Below, piece by piece: positions 19,940 through 30,940 of a stretch of 64,000 nt of DNA; position 1 is the stretch's first letter, and each line of letters begins with the position of its first letter. The DNA is taken from assembly GCA_963743795.1 (NCBI GenBank), contig CAVUQZ010000004.1, forward strand, positions 339,686 to 403,685. The letters are read 5' to 3'. The DNA is from an uncultured Chloroflexia bacterium (GTDB lineage: Bacteria > Chloroflexota > Limnocylindria > Limnocylindrales > CSP1-4). The translations under genes were made by a program, and so were the position numbers. The notes under the pieces were generated by a model that ran no database searches, was not told where the DNA came from, and worked only from the letters and a program-made list of their open reading frames with translations.

Positions 19940-20596
19940 CAGGCGACCTCGGCGGCTGGCGCACGGCGCGCTGCCGGCCTCACAAGCCCGACGAAGTTGG
20001 ACAGCACCCGAAGACCGGCCTCGGACGACTTCTCGGGGTGGAACTGCAGCCCGTACAGCGAGCCCTTCGCGACCGCGCTGACGAACGGCCGACCGTGCGT
20101 CGTGCGAGCCACGACCACGCCTTCGTCGGCCGGAGCAGGCGCGAAGGAGTGCACGAAGTAGAAGTACGAGCCGTCCGGGATGCCGTCGAACAGCGGGTGC
20201 TGCCGGACGATGCTCCACCGAGTTCCAGCCGATGTGCGGCAGCGTCGGCGCGTCCACCAGCCCGACCGTCCGGCCCGCCAGCAGCCCGAGCGTCTCGGCG
20301 TCGCCTTCGTCGCTCGCCTCGAAGAGGAGCTGGAAGCCCAGGCAGATGCCGAGGCACGGTCGTCCCGGCGCGAACCCAGTCACGCAACGGCTCGACGCAG
20401 GCCGCGCTCGCGCAGGTGGTCCATGGCCGGCGCGGCGGCGCCGACACCGGGAACCACGATCGCGTCCGACGCCGGCCAGAGCCGACGGTTCGTCGGCCAC
20501 GACGACATCGGCCCCGACCGCCGCCAGGGCCCTGGTGATGCTGACCATGTTCGCGGCGCCGTAGTCCAGGACCGCGACCTTGACCGGGTCGGTCAT
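19939..20596 (-). CDS. hisH: Imidazole glycerol phosphate synthase glutaminase subunit (frameshifted)
   Basis: [30 protein letters not shown] and GLQFHPEKS across frames. Confidence 0.92.
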
Positions 20597-21216
20597 CCGA
20601 GCGACCCCTTCGTGGAGGCGGGACCCTGACGTCGCGGATCGACCGCGACCGCGGCGCGCAGCGCCCGACCCAGCGCCTTGAACGCGGCCTCGGCCAGGTG
20701 GTGGTCGTTGCGGCCGCGGCCCTCGGACGTTCAGCGTCACGCCGCCGGCGCGGGCGAACGACTCGAAGACGTGCTCGATCAGCTGAAGCGGCAGCTTCCC
20801 GGCGCGCTTGCCCCTGAACGGCAGGTCGACGACGGCATACGGCCGGCCGCCCACGTCCACGACCGCCGTGGCCACCGATTCGTCCATCGGCACGGCGGCG
20901 TCGCCGAAGCGGACGATGCCCGGCGCGGTCGCCGAGAGCCTCGGCCAGGGCGGCGCCGAAGACCAGCGCCACGTCCTCGACCGTGTGGTGCTCGTCGACG
21001 ACCAGATCGCCCGTGCGCCTCGACCTCGAGATCGAAGAGGGCGTGGTGGGCCAGCGAGCCGAGCAGGTGGTCGAAGAAGCCGACGCCCGTCTCCATCTTG
21101 GTCTCGCCGCTCCCGTCGAGGCGCAGGGTCACCGTGATCTCCGTCTCGCGAGTGGTCCGCGTGACGGTCGCGGACCGCTCGCCGGAGGCGACGACGGTGC
21201 CGATCTGGCTGCTCAT
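20593..21216 (-). CDS. hisB: Imidazoleglycerol-phosphate dehydratase (frameshifted)
   Basis: [23 protein letters not shown] and [14 protein letters not shown] pieces. Confidence 0.92.
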
Positions 21217-22337
21217 GCGGGGATCCCTCTGGCTGCGTCGATGAGTCGGTCGTTCTCCTCCGCCGACCGGACGGTCAGGCGGAGGCAGTCGGCGAGCGGG
21301 TGGTCGCGACCGAAGGTGCGCGGGCACCAGCCCCTTGCGAAGGAGCGCCTCGGCGGCCGCGGCAGCCGCAGCTGGGCGAGTCGAAGCGGACCAGGATGAA
21401 GTTGGCCCGCGACGGATACGGGCGCCAGCCGATCGTCGGTCAGCTCGCCCGTCAGGCGGCTCCGCTGCTCGGCGATTCGGGCGACGTTGGCCGCCGCAAG
21501 CTCGGGCCGCGCGAGCGAGGCCGTGGCCAGGGCCGCCGAGACGGTGCCCACCGAGGCCGGGGCGCGGTACGAGACGATCGGCGCCAGGGTCTCCGGTCTG
21601 GCTATCGCGAACCCGACTCGAATGCCGGCCAGTGCGTGGGCCTTGCTCAGCGTCCGGATCACGACCAGCCGCGGGTAGTGGGCCCGAAGCGGCAGCACAG
21701 AGCGGCCGACGAACTCGGCGTAGGCCTCGTCCACGACTACCACCGGGGCCTCGCGCCCGTCGCGCAGCGCCGTGGACGCCAGGGCCTCGAGCAGCTCGCC
21801 GATCCGTTCGGGCGGCTCGCAGGCGCCGGTCGGGTTGTTCGGCTCGCACAGCCAGACCAGCCGGGCGCTTCGGGCGGCCTCGACGAGCGCCGCGATGTCG
21901 AGCCCGAAGCCGCCCTCCGGCCCGAGCCGCGGCACGGCAGCGACGCGCGCCCCGCGCTGCTCCGACACGATCCGGTACATGGCGTAGGTCGGCACGGCCA
22001 CGACGGCCGCGCGATCCCTCTCGCAGGATAGGCGCGAGCCGTCAGGTCCAGCGCCTCGTCGGCGCCGGCCGTCGGGAGCAGCTCGTCGGGCGCCACGCCG
22101 TACGACGCCGCGGCCGCAGCCACGAGCGCGGCGTAGTCGCTGGGCGGGTACTCGGACAGGGGCGGGTCGAAGGGCCCCGCCAGGACGTCGCGCAGGTCCG
22201 GCGGCACGGGCGAGGTGTTCACGTCGAAGCGGACGATCGACTCGCGCGGGCAGGCCGTACGCGGCGGCCAGGAAGTCGGTCGTCGGCTCCCAGACGTAGG
22301 TCGGCAGCGGCTCTGAGGCGCCGAGCCGAGCGCTCAT
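21213..22337 (-). CDS. hisC: Histidinol-phosphate aminotransferase (frameshifted)
   Basis: [46 protein letters not shown] and LRLTV...ENDRL. Confidence 0.92.
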   Translation of the reverse strand: MSARLGASEPLPTYVWEPTTDFLAAAYGLPARVDRPLRREHLARAAGPARRPGGALRPAPVRVPAQRLRRARGCGRGVVRRGARRAAPDGRRRRGAGPDGSRLSCERDRAAVVAVPTYAMYRIVSEQRGARVAAVPRLGPEGGFGLDIAALVEAARSARLVWLCEPNNPTGACEPPERIGELLEALASTALRDGREAPVVVVDEAYAEFVGRSVLPLRAHYPRLVVIRTLSKAHALAGIRVGFAIARPETLAPIVSYRAPASVGTVSAALATASLARPELAAANVARIAEQRSRLTGELTDDRLAPVSVAGQLHPGPLRLAQLRLPRPPRRSFARGWCPRTFGRDHPLADCLRLTVRSAEENDRLIDAARGIPA

Positions 22338-23684
22338 CGACCGGCCTCCTCGAAGCGGACTTCGACCGCCCGCTTGTGGGCGATCAGGCCTTCGGCCTCG
22401 GCGATCGCCTCGACGGCGTCGCGGATGGCGGCCAGGCCGTCGCGGCGTGATCCGCTGCACCTGGATGAACTTGCCGTAGCTCTCGGTCGACAGCGCGCCG
22501 CAGGAGCGGGCCAGGCCGCCGGTGGGCAGGACGTGGTTCGCGCCCGAGGCGTAGTCGCCGGCGGACTCGGGCGCGTACGGGCCCGACGAAGAGCGAGCCC
22601 GCGTTCCGCAGCCGCGCCACGGCCTCCTCGACGTCGTCCACGACCACCGAGAGGTGCTCCGGGGCGTAGCCGTTGACGAAGTCGAGCGCCGGCGTCGCGC
22701 GACGGGCGCGAGCACGACCAGGGCGCCAGCTCGCCAGCGACCGCTCCAGGATCGCGCGCCGGGCCGCGGTCTCGAGCTGACGGGCCAGCTCCGCCTCGAC
22801 GGCCGCGGCGACGGCCGCGTCCCAGGTGACCAGCAGGGCAGGGGAGTCCGGGCCGTGCTCGGCCTGCGAGAGCAGGTCGGCGGCGACGTGGACCGCGATC
22901 GGCCGTGGCATCGGCCACGACCATCACCTCGGACGGCCCGGCGGGCAGGTCGATGCCGCACTCGCCGAAGACCTCGAGCTTGGCCGCGGTCACCCAGGCG
23001 TTGCCCGGGCCCGACGATCCGGTCGACCGGCTCGACGCCCGCCTCGGGCAGGCCGTAGGCCAGCGCCGCCGACGGCCTGGGCGCCGCCGGCGACGATGAA
23101 CGCGTCCACGCCGACGAGCCCGGCCGCGCCGAGGAGCGTCGGGTTGAGGCGGCCCTCCGCAGTCGGCCGGGGAGGCGACGACGATCCGGCCCGACGCCGG
23201 CGACCTGGGCCGGGACGACGCCCATCAGCAGCGAGCTCGGGTAGGCCGCGGAACCGCCCGGGCGCGTAGACGCCGACGCGGGCCAGCGGCACCCAGCGCC
23301 GCTCGATCTCGACGCCCGGGACGATCGTCGTGAAGCGCGTCTCGGGCAGCTGCGTCTCGGCGAAGCGGCGGATGTTGTCGATCATCTGCTCCAGGCCGGC
23401 CCGGATGCGCGGCGGCAGGGCGTCGCGCGCGGCCTGCCATCTCGGCCCGGCTCACGAGCAGCGAGCCGTCGGCCCGGCCGCCGCCGAACCGGGCGTTGGC
23501 GTCCCGGACGGCCGCGTCGCCGCCGCTCTTGACGGCCGCCAGGATCGCCCGGGCGCCCTCGCGGACCCGCGGGTCGGGGACCGCGCCACGGCGCAGCAGA
23601 GCCGCGAACCTCGGCGGCGACGGCCGGATCGGAAGCGGCGCGGGACAGCTCCAGGCGGCGCAGGTTGACGGACGCTGCGCTCAC
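22334..23684 (-). CDS. hisD: Histidinol dehydrogenase (multiple frameshifts)
   Basis: [43 protein letters not shown] and [13 protein letters not shown]. Confidence 0.92.
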
Positions 23685-24544
23685 GGGACGAGCTTCTCGA
23701 TGGGCAGGATGAGGATGCCGGACGCGCCGGCGGCCTTGAGCTTCGGCAGCAGCGACCAGACCGCGTCCGCGTCCACGACCGAGTGGATCGCGATCATGCC
23801 CTCGTGGGCGAGCGGAATGACCGACGGCGACTCCAGGCCCGGGCAGCAGATCCTCGAGCTCCGCGGCCTTGGCCATCGGCGCGTTCATCATCAGGTACTT
23901 GCGGTCGCGCGCGGCCAGCGTGGCGCTCAGCATCGTCTGGATCGAGTCCAGCACGTCGGCGCGCTCGCGTCAGGGCGGTCGGGTTGGCCAGCAGGACGGC
24001 CTCGGACGCGAAGACCTCCTCGATCGGGCGGAGGCCGTTGACGACCATCGTCGAGCCGGTGGAGACGAGGTCGACGATCGCCTCGGCCAGGCCCAGGCGC
24101 GGCGCCACCTCGGCCGCACCGGAGACCGGGATCACGTCCACCGGTATGTCCCGGCTCTCGAAGAACCGGCGGGTCAGGCTCATGTGGGACGTGGCCACGC
24201 GCAGGCCCGCCAGGTCCTCGGCGGCGCGGTAGGGCGAGTCGTTCGGGACGGCGACGGTCAGGCGGCAGCGCCCGTAGCCGAGCGTCCGCAGCTGCGGCAC
24301 GTCCGACCCCGATTCGGCCACCAGGTCCAGACCGGTGACGCCAAGCTCGGCCACTCCGTCGCTCACGAACTCGACGACGTCGTTGGTGCGAACGAACAGG
24401 ATGTCCAGGTCGAAGTTCTGGACGCGCGCCACCAGCGCCCGCTCGCCGGCTTCGAAGACCAGGCCGGCGTCGCGCAGCAGGCCGTACGGTCGGTTCGACC
24501 AGGCGGCCCTTGTTCGGTATGGCCAGGCGCAGACGCCGGGTCAT
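23681..24544 (-). CDS. hisG: ATP phosphoribosyltransferase, long form (frameshifted)
   Basis: RLAIPNKGRL, LGVTGLD, LGYGRCRL, GAAEVAPRLGLAEAIVDLVSTGST, YLMMNAP and C-terminal LKAAGA. Confidence 0.92.
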
Positions 24545-24881
24545 CGAGACGGCTCTCCAGTCGGGGCGGGGGATTGGCCGGTCTCGGCCGCGCGGAGTCG
24601 CTCGAGCGCCCGCAGGTAGCCGCCCTCGCCGTGGTGCAGCCACTGGGCGATGCGGGTGATCGTGGCCGTGCTCGCGCCGGTCCGGCTGCGAGATCTCGGC
24701 GTAGTGCATGCCCGCGTCGAGCAGCCGGACGACGGCCCAGCGCTGGGCCATGTCGTGCAGCTCGCCCGAGCGTGCAGAGGTCGCGGAAGAAGGCCGAGGC
24801 TTCGTCGACGGTCTCGAGGCGCAGGATCGCCTCGAACAGCTCGCTCGCGGCCTCGTCGCGCCAGGCTTCCATCGCGCTCAT
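24541..24881 (-). CDS. YerC/YecD family TrpR-like repressor (HisR candidate; frameshifted)
   Basis: LFEAILRL...FFRDLCT, MAQRWAVVRLL and TGASTATITRIAQWLHHGEGGY; first gene of the his operon. Confidence 0.88.
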
Positions 24882-24956
24882 GTCGCCGCATCCTCGATGC
24901 GTCCGATTGTCGCCGGATCTCGCACGCCGTCGTGGCGCCATCCGGCTCTGTCGTGA

Positions 24957-24982
24957 TGTAGTAGCATAGTAGCATGCTACAA
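24957..24982. promoter_or_regulatory. Putative HisR/TrpR-type operator between the divergent his promoters
   Basis: AT-rich island TGTAGTAGCATAGTAGCATGCTACAA with 8-bp periodic GTAGCAT units and a perfect palindrome GTAGCATGCTAC (24969-24980). Confidence 0.65.
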
Positions 24983-25000
24983 CGCAGACGCAAGCCGGCG

Positions 25001-25749
25001 ATGCGGCCGGAACTTCCAGCTCCTGCCGGCGATCGACCTCCGGGGCGGGCAGGTCGTCCGCCTCGCCGAGGGCGACTTCGCGCGGGAGACGGTCTACGGG
25101 ACGGATCCGGCGGCGGTGGCGCGCGGCTTCGCCGCGGCCGGCGCGCGCTGGATCCACGTCGTGGATCTCGACGGCGCCCGGGACGGCGGCCGGCGTCAGA
25201 CGGAGGCGGTCGCGCGAATCGTGGCTGCGGTCGGGAGGGGCGTGTCCTGCGAGGTCGCCGGCGGGCTGCGCGACGAGGCGGCCGTCGAGGCGGCTCTCGC
25301 AGCCGGGGCGGCGCGGGCGGTCGTCGGCACGGCGGCCCTGCGCGACCCGGCGTTCGTGGAGCGGCTCGTCGCCCGCTTCGGCGCGGAGCGGATCGCCGTC
25401 GCGCTGGACGTGCGGGACGGACTCGCCGTCGGCCACGGCTGGGTTCCGGGGTCGCCCGGCGTGCCCGCGGACGAAGCCCTGGCGGGGCTCGCCGATCGGG
25501 GCGCCGCGGACGTTCATCGTCACGGCGATCGAGCGCGACGGACTGCTCGCCGGGCCCGAACCTGGAGCTTGCTGGGCCGGATGGTCGCTCTGGACCGCGG
25601 CGACGTCGTCGCGTCAGGCGGGCGTTTCGTCGCTCGACGACCTCGCCGCGGTCCGCACCCTCGGCTGCGCCGGCGCCATCGTCGGCCGGGCAATCTACGA
25701 GGGCGGCCTCGATCTGGCCGAAGCGGTGCGTCTGGTACGGGGCAACTGA
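25001..25749 (+). CDS. hisA: ProFAR isomerase HisA (frameshifted)
   Basis: FQLLPAIDLRGGQVVRLAEGDF, HVVDLDGA, EVAGGLRD, AVVGTAA, IAVALD and GAIVGRAIYEG. Confidence 0.92.
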
Positions 25750-25774
25750 CGAGCGCCAGGCGTCCAGCCGCGTC

Positions 25775-27088
25775 TCAGCAGGTCGGCGGCTGCGTCTTGC
25801 CGTAGTAGCGGCTCGTCTTGCCGAACAGCTGTATCGAGAGCGCCGCCACCTTGTCCAGCTTCAGGCAGCTCGTGGACGCGCCCGCCGTGGCGCTCGAGAC
25901 GCTGTACGGCGGACCGAGGACGTACCTGTCGAAGTTCTCGGGCGGGATGTTCTGCCCGGCAGCGACCATGTCGGCCACCTGCGACGCCGGGAAGTCCGTC
26001 CGGACGAGCGAGCCGGCCTGCTGAGTCCAACTCGGGAGATTTACCACCACGCCCGGCGTCGCCATCTTGTGCTCCAGCGCGATCAGGATCTGCTGCTGCC
26101 GACCGGCCCGGGCATAGTCGCTGTTGCCGGTTCCGTGGCGAGACCTGGCGTAGGCGAGGGCATGGCGCCCGTCAAGATGCTGCCGACCGGCGGCCAGCGT
26201 GAAGCCGAAGGGCGAGCCGTCGAGCCAGTCATACGTCGGATCGTTGATGGCCCCGGGATTGTCGATGTCGATCCCGCCAACCATGTCGATCATCTTCATG
26301 AAGTTGGCCAGGTTCATGACGGCGTAGTAGTTGATCGGGACGCCGACCAGATAGCTGATCTCCTTCACGAGGGTCGGGAACGGTTGATCAGGGGATTTGA
26401 TCCAGCCGTTCTGCACGTAGGTGGGCAGGGAGTTGATCTTGATCTTCGAAGTCCCACCCCAGTAGAACGGGAAGCCGGCTGTGTCCCGTGGAATGCTCAC
26501 CATGGCCACCCGGTTCGTGGCCTTGTCGAAGCTCACGACCATGATCGAGTCGTAGAGACGCTCCGAGCGGGTCGAGAACTGGTCGAGGCCTGTTAGCAGG
26601 ATCGTGACTCGGGAGCCGCTCACCGGGGCTACGCCCGCCTCGTCGCCGCTGGCGTTTCCGCCGAACGTGTGAGAGCCGATGTCGTATGCGGACCAGAGAT
26701 AGACGGCTCCGGCGGCGTGGCTGGCAACGATGGCAACCAGCAGAAGCATGAGCGCCATGCGCTCACCCGCACGTACGGTCAGGCGGCGGTCGCCCTGGGC
26801 GTATGCGTGCGCCACGGAAAGGAGGCGCCAGAAGCCGAGACCGACGACTGCGACCAGCGCCGCCCAGGCGAACGTCGGGTCCAGGAAGCGAGCCACCAGG
26901 ACCGACAGGCCCTGCCGAGATTCGTAGTAGAGGACGGCGGCCAGCGCCACGGCAGGGATGCCAAAGAAGATCCCCAGTTGGATTCGACCGGCATAGAACT
27001 GCCCGAGCCCGGGCCAAAGGAACGACAGCAGGGCTCCGAGTGACGGGGATCGAGATCCCTGCCGGCGAGCGGTATTGAAGTTGGACAC
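25775..27088 (-). CDS. LytR-CpsA-Psr (LCP) family protein
   Basis: N-terminal TMs; DSIMVVS, VSIPRD, KIN, LDGRHALAYARSRH and SDYARAGRQQ. Confidence 0.92.
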   Translation of the reverse strand: MSNFNTARRQGSRSPSLGALLSFLWPGLGQFYAGRIQLGIFFGIPAVALAAVLYYESRQGLSVLVARFLDPTFAWAALVAVVGLGFWRLLSVAHAYAQGDRRLTVRAGERMALMLLLVAIVASHAAGAVYLWSAYDIGSHTFGGNASGDEAGVAPVSGSRVTILLTGLDQFSTRSERLYDSIMVVSFDKATNRVAMVSIPRDTAGFPFYWGGTSKIKINSLPTYVQNGWIKSPDQPFPTLVKEISYLVGVPINYYAVMNLANFMKMIDMVGGIDIDNPGAINDPTYDWLDGSPFGFTLAAGRQHLDGRHALAYARSRHGTGNSDYARAGRQQQILIALEHKMATPGVVVNLPSWTQQAGSLVRTDFPASQVADMVAAGQNIPPENFDRYVLGPPYSVSSATAGASTSCLKLDKVAALSIQLFGKTSRYYGKTQPPTC

Positions 27089-27257
27089 TACGGCACGACT
27101 CTACTACCGGTTTGGGGGGAACGTCTTTCACGACGCGGTAGCCACCACGACAGTGACGCGAGAAGGCGGCGCCCACTCACGGTGAAAGGGCGGTGCCGAG
27201 TATCGGTTAGCCCGCAGCCGTCAGTGTCCTGGCCCGAGCCGAATCGACCCTCGGGTC

Positions 27258-29345
27258 TCAGTGCTCCTCGTCCGCGTGGGCCTTCCTATGGGCCTCGATC
27301 ACCTTTTCGGCGATGTGCTGCGGCACGTCCTCGTAGTGGTCCAGCGTCGCCGTGAACGTGCCCCGGCCGGCAGTGAGCGAGCGAAGCTCGGTGGCGTAGG
27401 TGAACAACTCGGCCTGGGGGACGTGGGCCGTGATGACTTGCAGCCCGTCCTTGACGTCCATCCCGAGAACGCGGCCGCGGCGGCCGTTGAGATCTCGGTT
27501 GACGTCGCCCATGTAGGCCTCGGGGATCCGGATCTCCACGGTCATGATCGGTTCCATGAGCGCCGGCTTGCACTCCAGGACGCCCGACTTCAACGCCAGT
27601 CGGGCCGCCAGCTTGAACGACAGCTCGTTCGAGTCGACCGCGTGGAAGCTGCCGTCGTAGAGCGTCGCCTTGAAGTCGCTGAGCGGGTAGCCCGCCAGGA
27701 TCCCTTCTGCCGCCGTCTCGCGGACGCCCTTCTCGACTCCGGGGAAGAAGTTCTTGGGCACCGTGCCGCCGACGACATGCTCGGCGAAGACGACCCCGCC
27801 GCCCGGATTCGGCTCGATCTCGAGCCACACGTCGCCGAACATACCGTGGCCGCCGGTCTGCTTCTTGTAGCGGCCGTGGGACTGCGTCTTGCCCCGGATC
27901 GTCTCCTTGTAGGGGACCTTGGGGATGGAGGTCACGATCGCTGCCCCGAACTTGCGCTTGAGGCGCTCGCCAAGGACGGCGATGTGAGCGTCGCCCATGG
28001 CCACCAGGACCTGCTCGCCCGTCTCGCTGCGGACGACGCGAGCGGACGGCTCCTCTTCCAGCATTCGCTGCAGGGCCGAGCCCATCTTGTCCAGGTCCGC
28101 CTTTGTCTGCGGCTCGATGGCCACCTGCAGAGTGGGCACGGGGAACTCGAGCGGCGGCAGGGCGTATGGGTACTCGCGAGACGAGGTAAGCGTGTCGCCG
28201 GTGGCCGTGACTGTCAGCTTGGCCACGGCCCCGATCTCGCCGGCGTGGAGCTGCCCGACGGTCTCCTGGTCCTTGCCGTGGAGGAGAAGCAGCTGGCCCA
28301 GGCGCTCGTCCTCGCCACGCGTCGCATTCCAGGCGTGGGCCTGGCCCTGGAGCGTTCCAGAGAGCACTCGCAGGTACGTCAGGCGGCCCACGAACGGATC
28401 GGCAGTGGTCTTGAAGACTCTAGCCACGAGCGGACCGGCCGCGTCCGGAACGATCCTGGTCTCCTTGCCGCCCTTGGGATCGGTCGCGACTATCTCGCCC
28501 AGGTCCAGCGGTGAGGGGAGGTAGCGAACGATGGCATCGGCCAGCGCCCGAATACCGATGTCCCTGGCCGCGCTGCCGACCAGCACCGGCGCAACCAGGC
28601 CGGCCCGGACCGCCTTCTTGACGCAGGCCTCCAGCTCGGCGTCGGTGATCTCCTCGCCCTCGAGGTACTTGGTCATCACGTCGTCGTCGGCTTCCGACGC
28701 GGCCTCGATCAGCTGGTCCCGGCGGGTGGCGAGCTCATCGGCCATGCCGGCCGGAACCGCTGCCTCGACTTCCTTCCCGCCCTGCAGCTCGTACGCCTTG
28801 CGGTGGATCACGTCGACGAAGCCGGTAAACTTCTCGCCCGCCCCGATGGCCACGTGCAGAGGCGCGATCTTCTGCCCGAACGACGCCCTGAGCTTGTCGA
28901 CTGCGTTGCCCGGATTCGCGTTCTCCCGGTCGCACTTGTTGATGAAGAAGAGCGCCGGCCGGCCGGTCCGGCGAGCCACCGCCACGGTCGACTCCAGGCC
29001 CGCTTCGACGTTCCCGGAGGCGTCCATCAACAGGACTGCAGCGTCCGCGGCCGCGAATCCCTCGGCGACCTCGGCGGCGAAGTCCGCGTAGCCGGGGGTG
29101 TCAATGAGCTGGATCCTTGTCCCGTCGTGATCCAGTGACGCGACCGCCAGGCTCAGCGACTGGCGTCGCTTCTGCTCTTCCGGCTCGTAGTCAAGGCTGG
29201 CCGACCCGTCGTCGACGCGGCCGAGCCGGGTGATCGCCCCGGCATCGAAGAGAAGGCGCTCGGCCAGCGTCGTCTTGCCGGCACCGGCGTGCGCGGCAAT
29301 GACGACGCTGCGAAGGTGGGGGAGGTCGACACTCTTGGTTGTCAT
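27258..29345 (-). CDS. Elongation factor G-like protein (EF-G2)
   Basis: Full EF-G architecture (AHAGAGKTT, DTPGYADF, NKCD, KKQTGGHG, GSFHAVDS, TELRSLTAGRG) with divergent G motifs. Confidence 0.93.
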   Translation of the reverse strand: MTTKSVDLPHLRSVVIAAHAGAGKTTLAERLLFDAGAITRLGRVDDGSASLDYEPEEQKRRQSLSLAVASLDHDGTRIQLIDTPGYADFAAEVAEGFAAADAAVLLMDASGNVEAGLESTVAVARRTGRPALFFINKCDRENANPGNAVDKLRASFGQKIAPLHVAIGAGEKFTGFVDVIHRKAYELQGGKEVEAAVPAGMADELATRRDQLIEAASEADDDVMTKYLEGEEITDAELEACVKKAVRAGLVAPVLVGSAARDIGIRALADAIVRYLPSPLDLGEIVATDPKGGKETRIVPDAAGPLVARVFKTTADPFVGRLTYLRVLSGTLQGQAHAWNATRGEDERLGQLLLLHGKDQETVGQLHAGEIGAVAKLTVTATGDTLTSSREYPYALPPLEFPVPTLQVAIEPQTKADLDKMGSALQRMLEEEPSARVVRSETGEQVLVAMGDAHIAVLGERLKRKFGAAIVTSIPKVPYKETIRGKTQSHGRYKKQTGGHGMFGDVWLEIEPNPGGGVVFAEHVVGGTVPKNFFPGVEKGVRETAAEGILAGYPLSDFKATLYDGSFHAVDSNELSFKLAARLALKSGVLECKPALMEPIMTVEIRIPEAYMGDVNRDLNGRRGRVLGMDVKDGLQVITAHVPQAELFTYATELRSLTAGRGTFTATLDHYEDVPQHIAEKVIEAHRKAHADEEH

Positions 29346-29539
29346 CTGCGCAATCGATCCTCTGGTGGCGTTGGAGCGGGCAGGATGAGCGGCGTGACGA
29401 GCGGAGGCCGCGGTCAGGCCATGATAGCCGGGCGGGCCGCCGGAGACGAGCGTGACGCGACCGGAACGGACTCGGCGGTCAATCCGTCGGGCCGGCCGCG
29501 ACCGGCCGGGATGCCCCCTCGGGCGCTATACTCCGGCCG

Positions 29540-30286
29540 ATGTCAGGTCACTCGAAATGGTCCCAGATCAAGCGCCAGAAGGGCGCCAACGACGTAAAAC
29601 GCGGTGCCGTCTTCACCAAGATGGGCCGCGAGATCAGCGTCGCCGCGCGCGCCGGCGGAGGCGACCCTGACGGCAACTTCCGGCTTCGGCTGGCCATCGA
29701 ACGTGCTCGTGCCATCAACATGCCGCTCGACACGATCAAGCGCGCCATCGAGAAGGCGGCCGGCGGCGGCGAAGGCGAGCAGTTCGAAGAGATCATGTAC
29801 GAGGGCTACGGGCCGGGCGGGGTGGCCTTGATCGTCGAGGCCGCGACGGACAACAAGAACCGGACCGCGGCGGAGGTTCGGTCCATCCTCACCAAGGCCG
29901 GTGGGCAGCTGGCCGGAGCCGGCAGCGTGGCCTGGCAGTTCGAGCAACGTGGCGTGATCATCCTGGCCCACGGCGGCAATCAGGAAGAGCTGGAGCTTGT
30001 CGCCATCGACTCGGGCGCGGACGACGTCGACACCAGTGGCGATCAGGTCGAGGTCTTCACCAAGCCCCACGACCTGGAGGCGGTGCGCCGATCGCTCGAG
30101 GCTGCCGGCGTGAAGATCGAATTGGCCGAGCTGTCGATGAGCCCCAAGAACACCGTCGAGCTGGACGTCGCCAGGGCGCGACAGGCGCTTCGCCTGGTCG
30201 AATTGCTCGAAGACCAGGACGACGTCCAGCGCGTCACCGCCAACTTCGAAATCCCCGAAGAGATCCTCGCCGAGGTCGGTGCGTGA
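29540..30286 (+). CDS. yebC: YebC/PmpR family protein
   Basis: MSGHSKWSQIKRQK, YEGYGPGG, TDNKNRT and DDVQRV. Confidence 0.96.
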   Translation: MSGHSKWSQIKRQKGANDVKRGAVFTKMGREISVAARAGGGDPDGNFRLRLAIERARAINMPLDTIKRAIEKAAGGGEGEQFEEIMYEGYGPGGVALIVEAATDNKNRTAAEVRSILTKAGGQLAGAGSVAWQFEQRGVIILAHGGNQEELELVAIDSGADDVDTSGDQVEVFTKPHDLEAVRRSLEAAGVKIELAELSMSPKNTVELDVARARQALRLVELLEDQDDVQRVTANFEIPEEILAEVGA

Positions 30287-30921
30287 TAATCCTGGGGATC
30301 GACCCGGGGACCGCAATGCTCGGCTACGGGCTCGTCGAACGGACGGGGCCGAGGCTGCGCGCCATCGACTACGGCGTGATCACCACTTCTTCCCGTCTGG
30401 CATTGCCCGAGCGGCTCGAGGCCATCTACCTGGCGGTGACCGACCTGATCGAGCTGCATGCCCCGGCGATCGTGGGCGTCGAACGTCTCTTCTTCACCAG
30501 GAACGCCCAGACGGCCTTCGCCGTCGGTCAGGCCCGAGGCGTGGTCTTGCTGGCCGCCGCAATTCACGACTTGGAGATCCGGGAGGCGACGCCGAACGAG
30601 GTCAAGGTCGCGACGGCGGGCCACGGCTCGGCCGCCAAGGAACAGGTGCAGCGCATGGTCCAGGCGATCCTGGGCATGCCCGAGCTGCCCACCCCGGACG
30701 ACGCCGCGGACGCGCTCGCGATCGCAATCTGCGTCGCGAACCGCGAGCGATCAGTCAGCCGGATCCCGACCGGCGCCCTGGACAGGTCCGCCATCGAGCC
30801 CGCGGCGAGCGGCGTCACGCCGTACGAGAAGGCCGTCCGCGAAGCGCTGCGTCGTGAGCGCCTGGGCGTGGGGCCGAACGGGCAATCCTCGCGCGTGCCC
30901 AAATCCAAGACTGCGTCCTGA
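30283..30921 (+). CDS. ruvC: Crossover junction endodeoxyribonuclease RuvC
   Basis: ILGIDPG, VERLFF, GQARG and PDDAADALAIA. Confidence 0.96.
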   Translation: MIILGIDPGTAMLGYGLVERTGPRLRAIDYGVITTSSRLALPERLEAIYLAVTDLIELHAPAIVGVERLFFTRNAQTAFAVGQARGVVLLAAAIHDLEIREATPNEVKVATAGHGSAAKEQVQRMVQAILGMPELPTPDDAADALAIAICVANRERSVSRIPTGALDRSAIEPAASGVTPYEKAVREALRRERLGVGPNGQSSRVPKSKTAS

Positions 30922-30940
30922 GCAGGCGCGGAGGGCCGCC

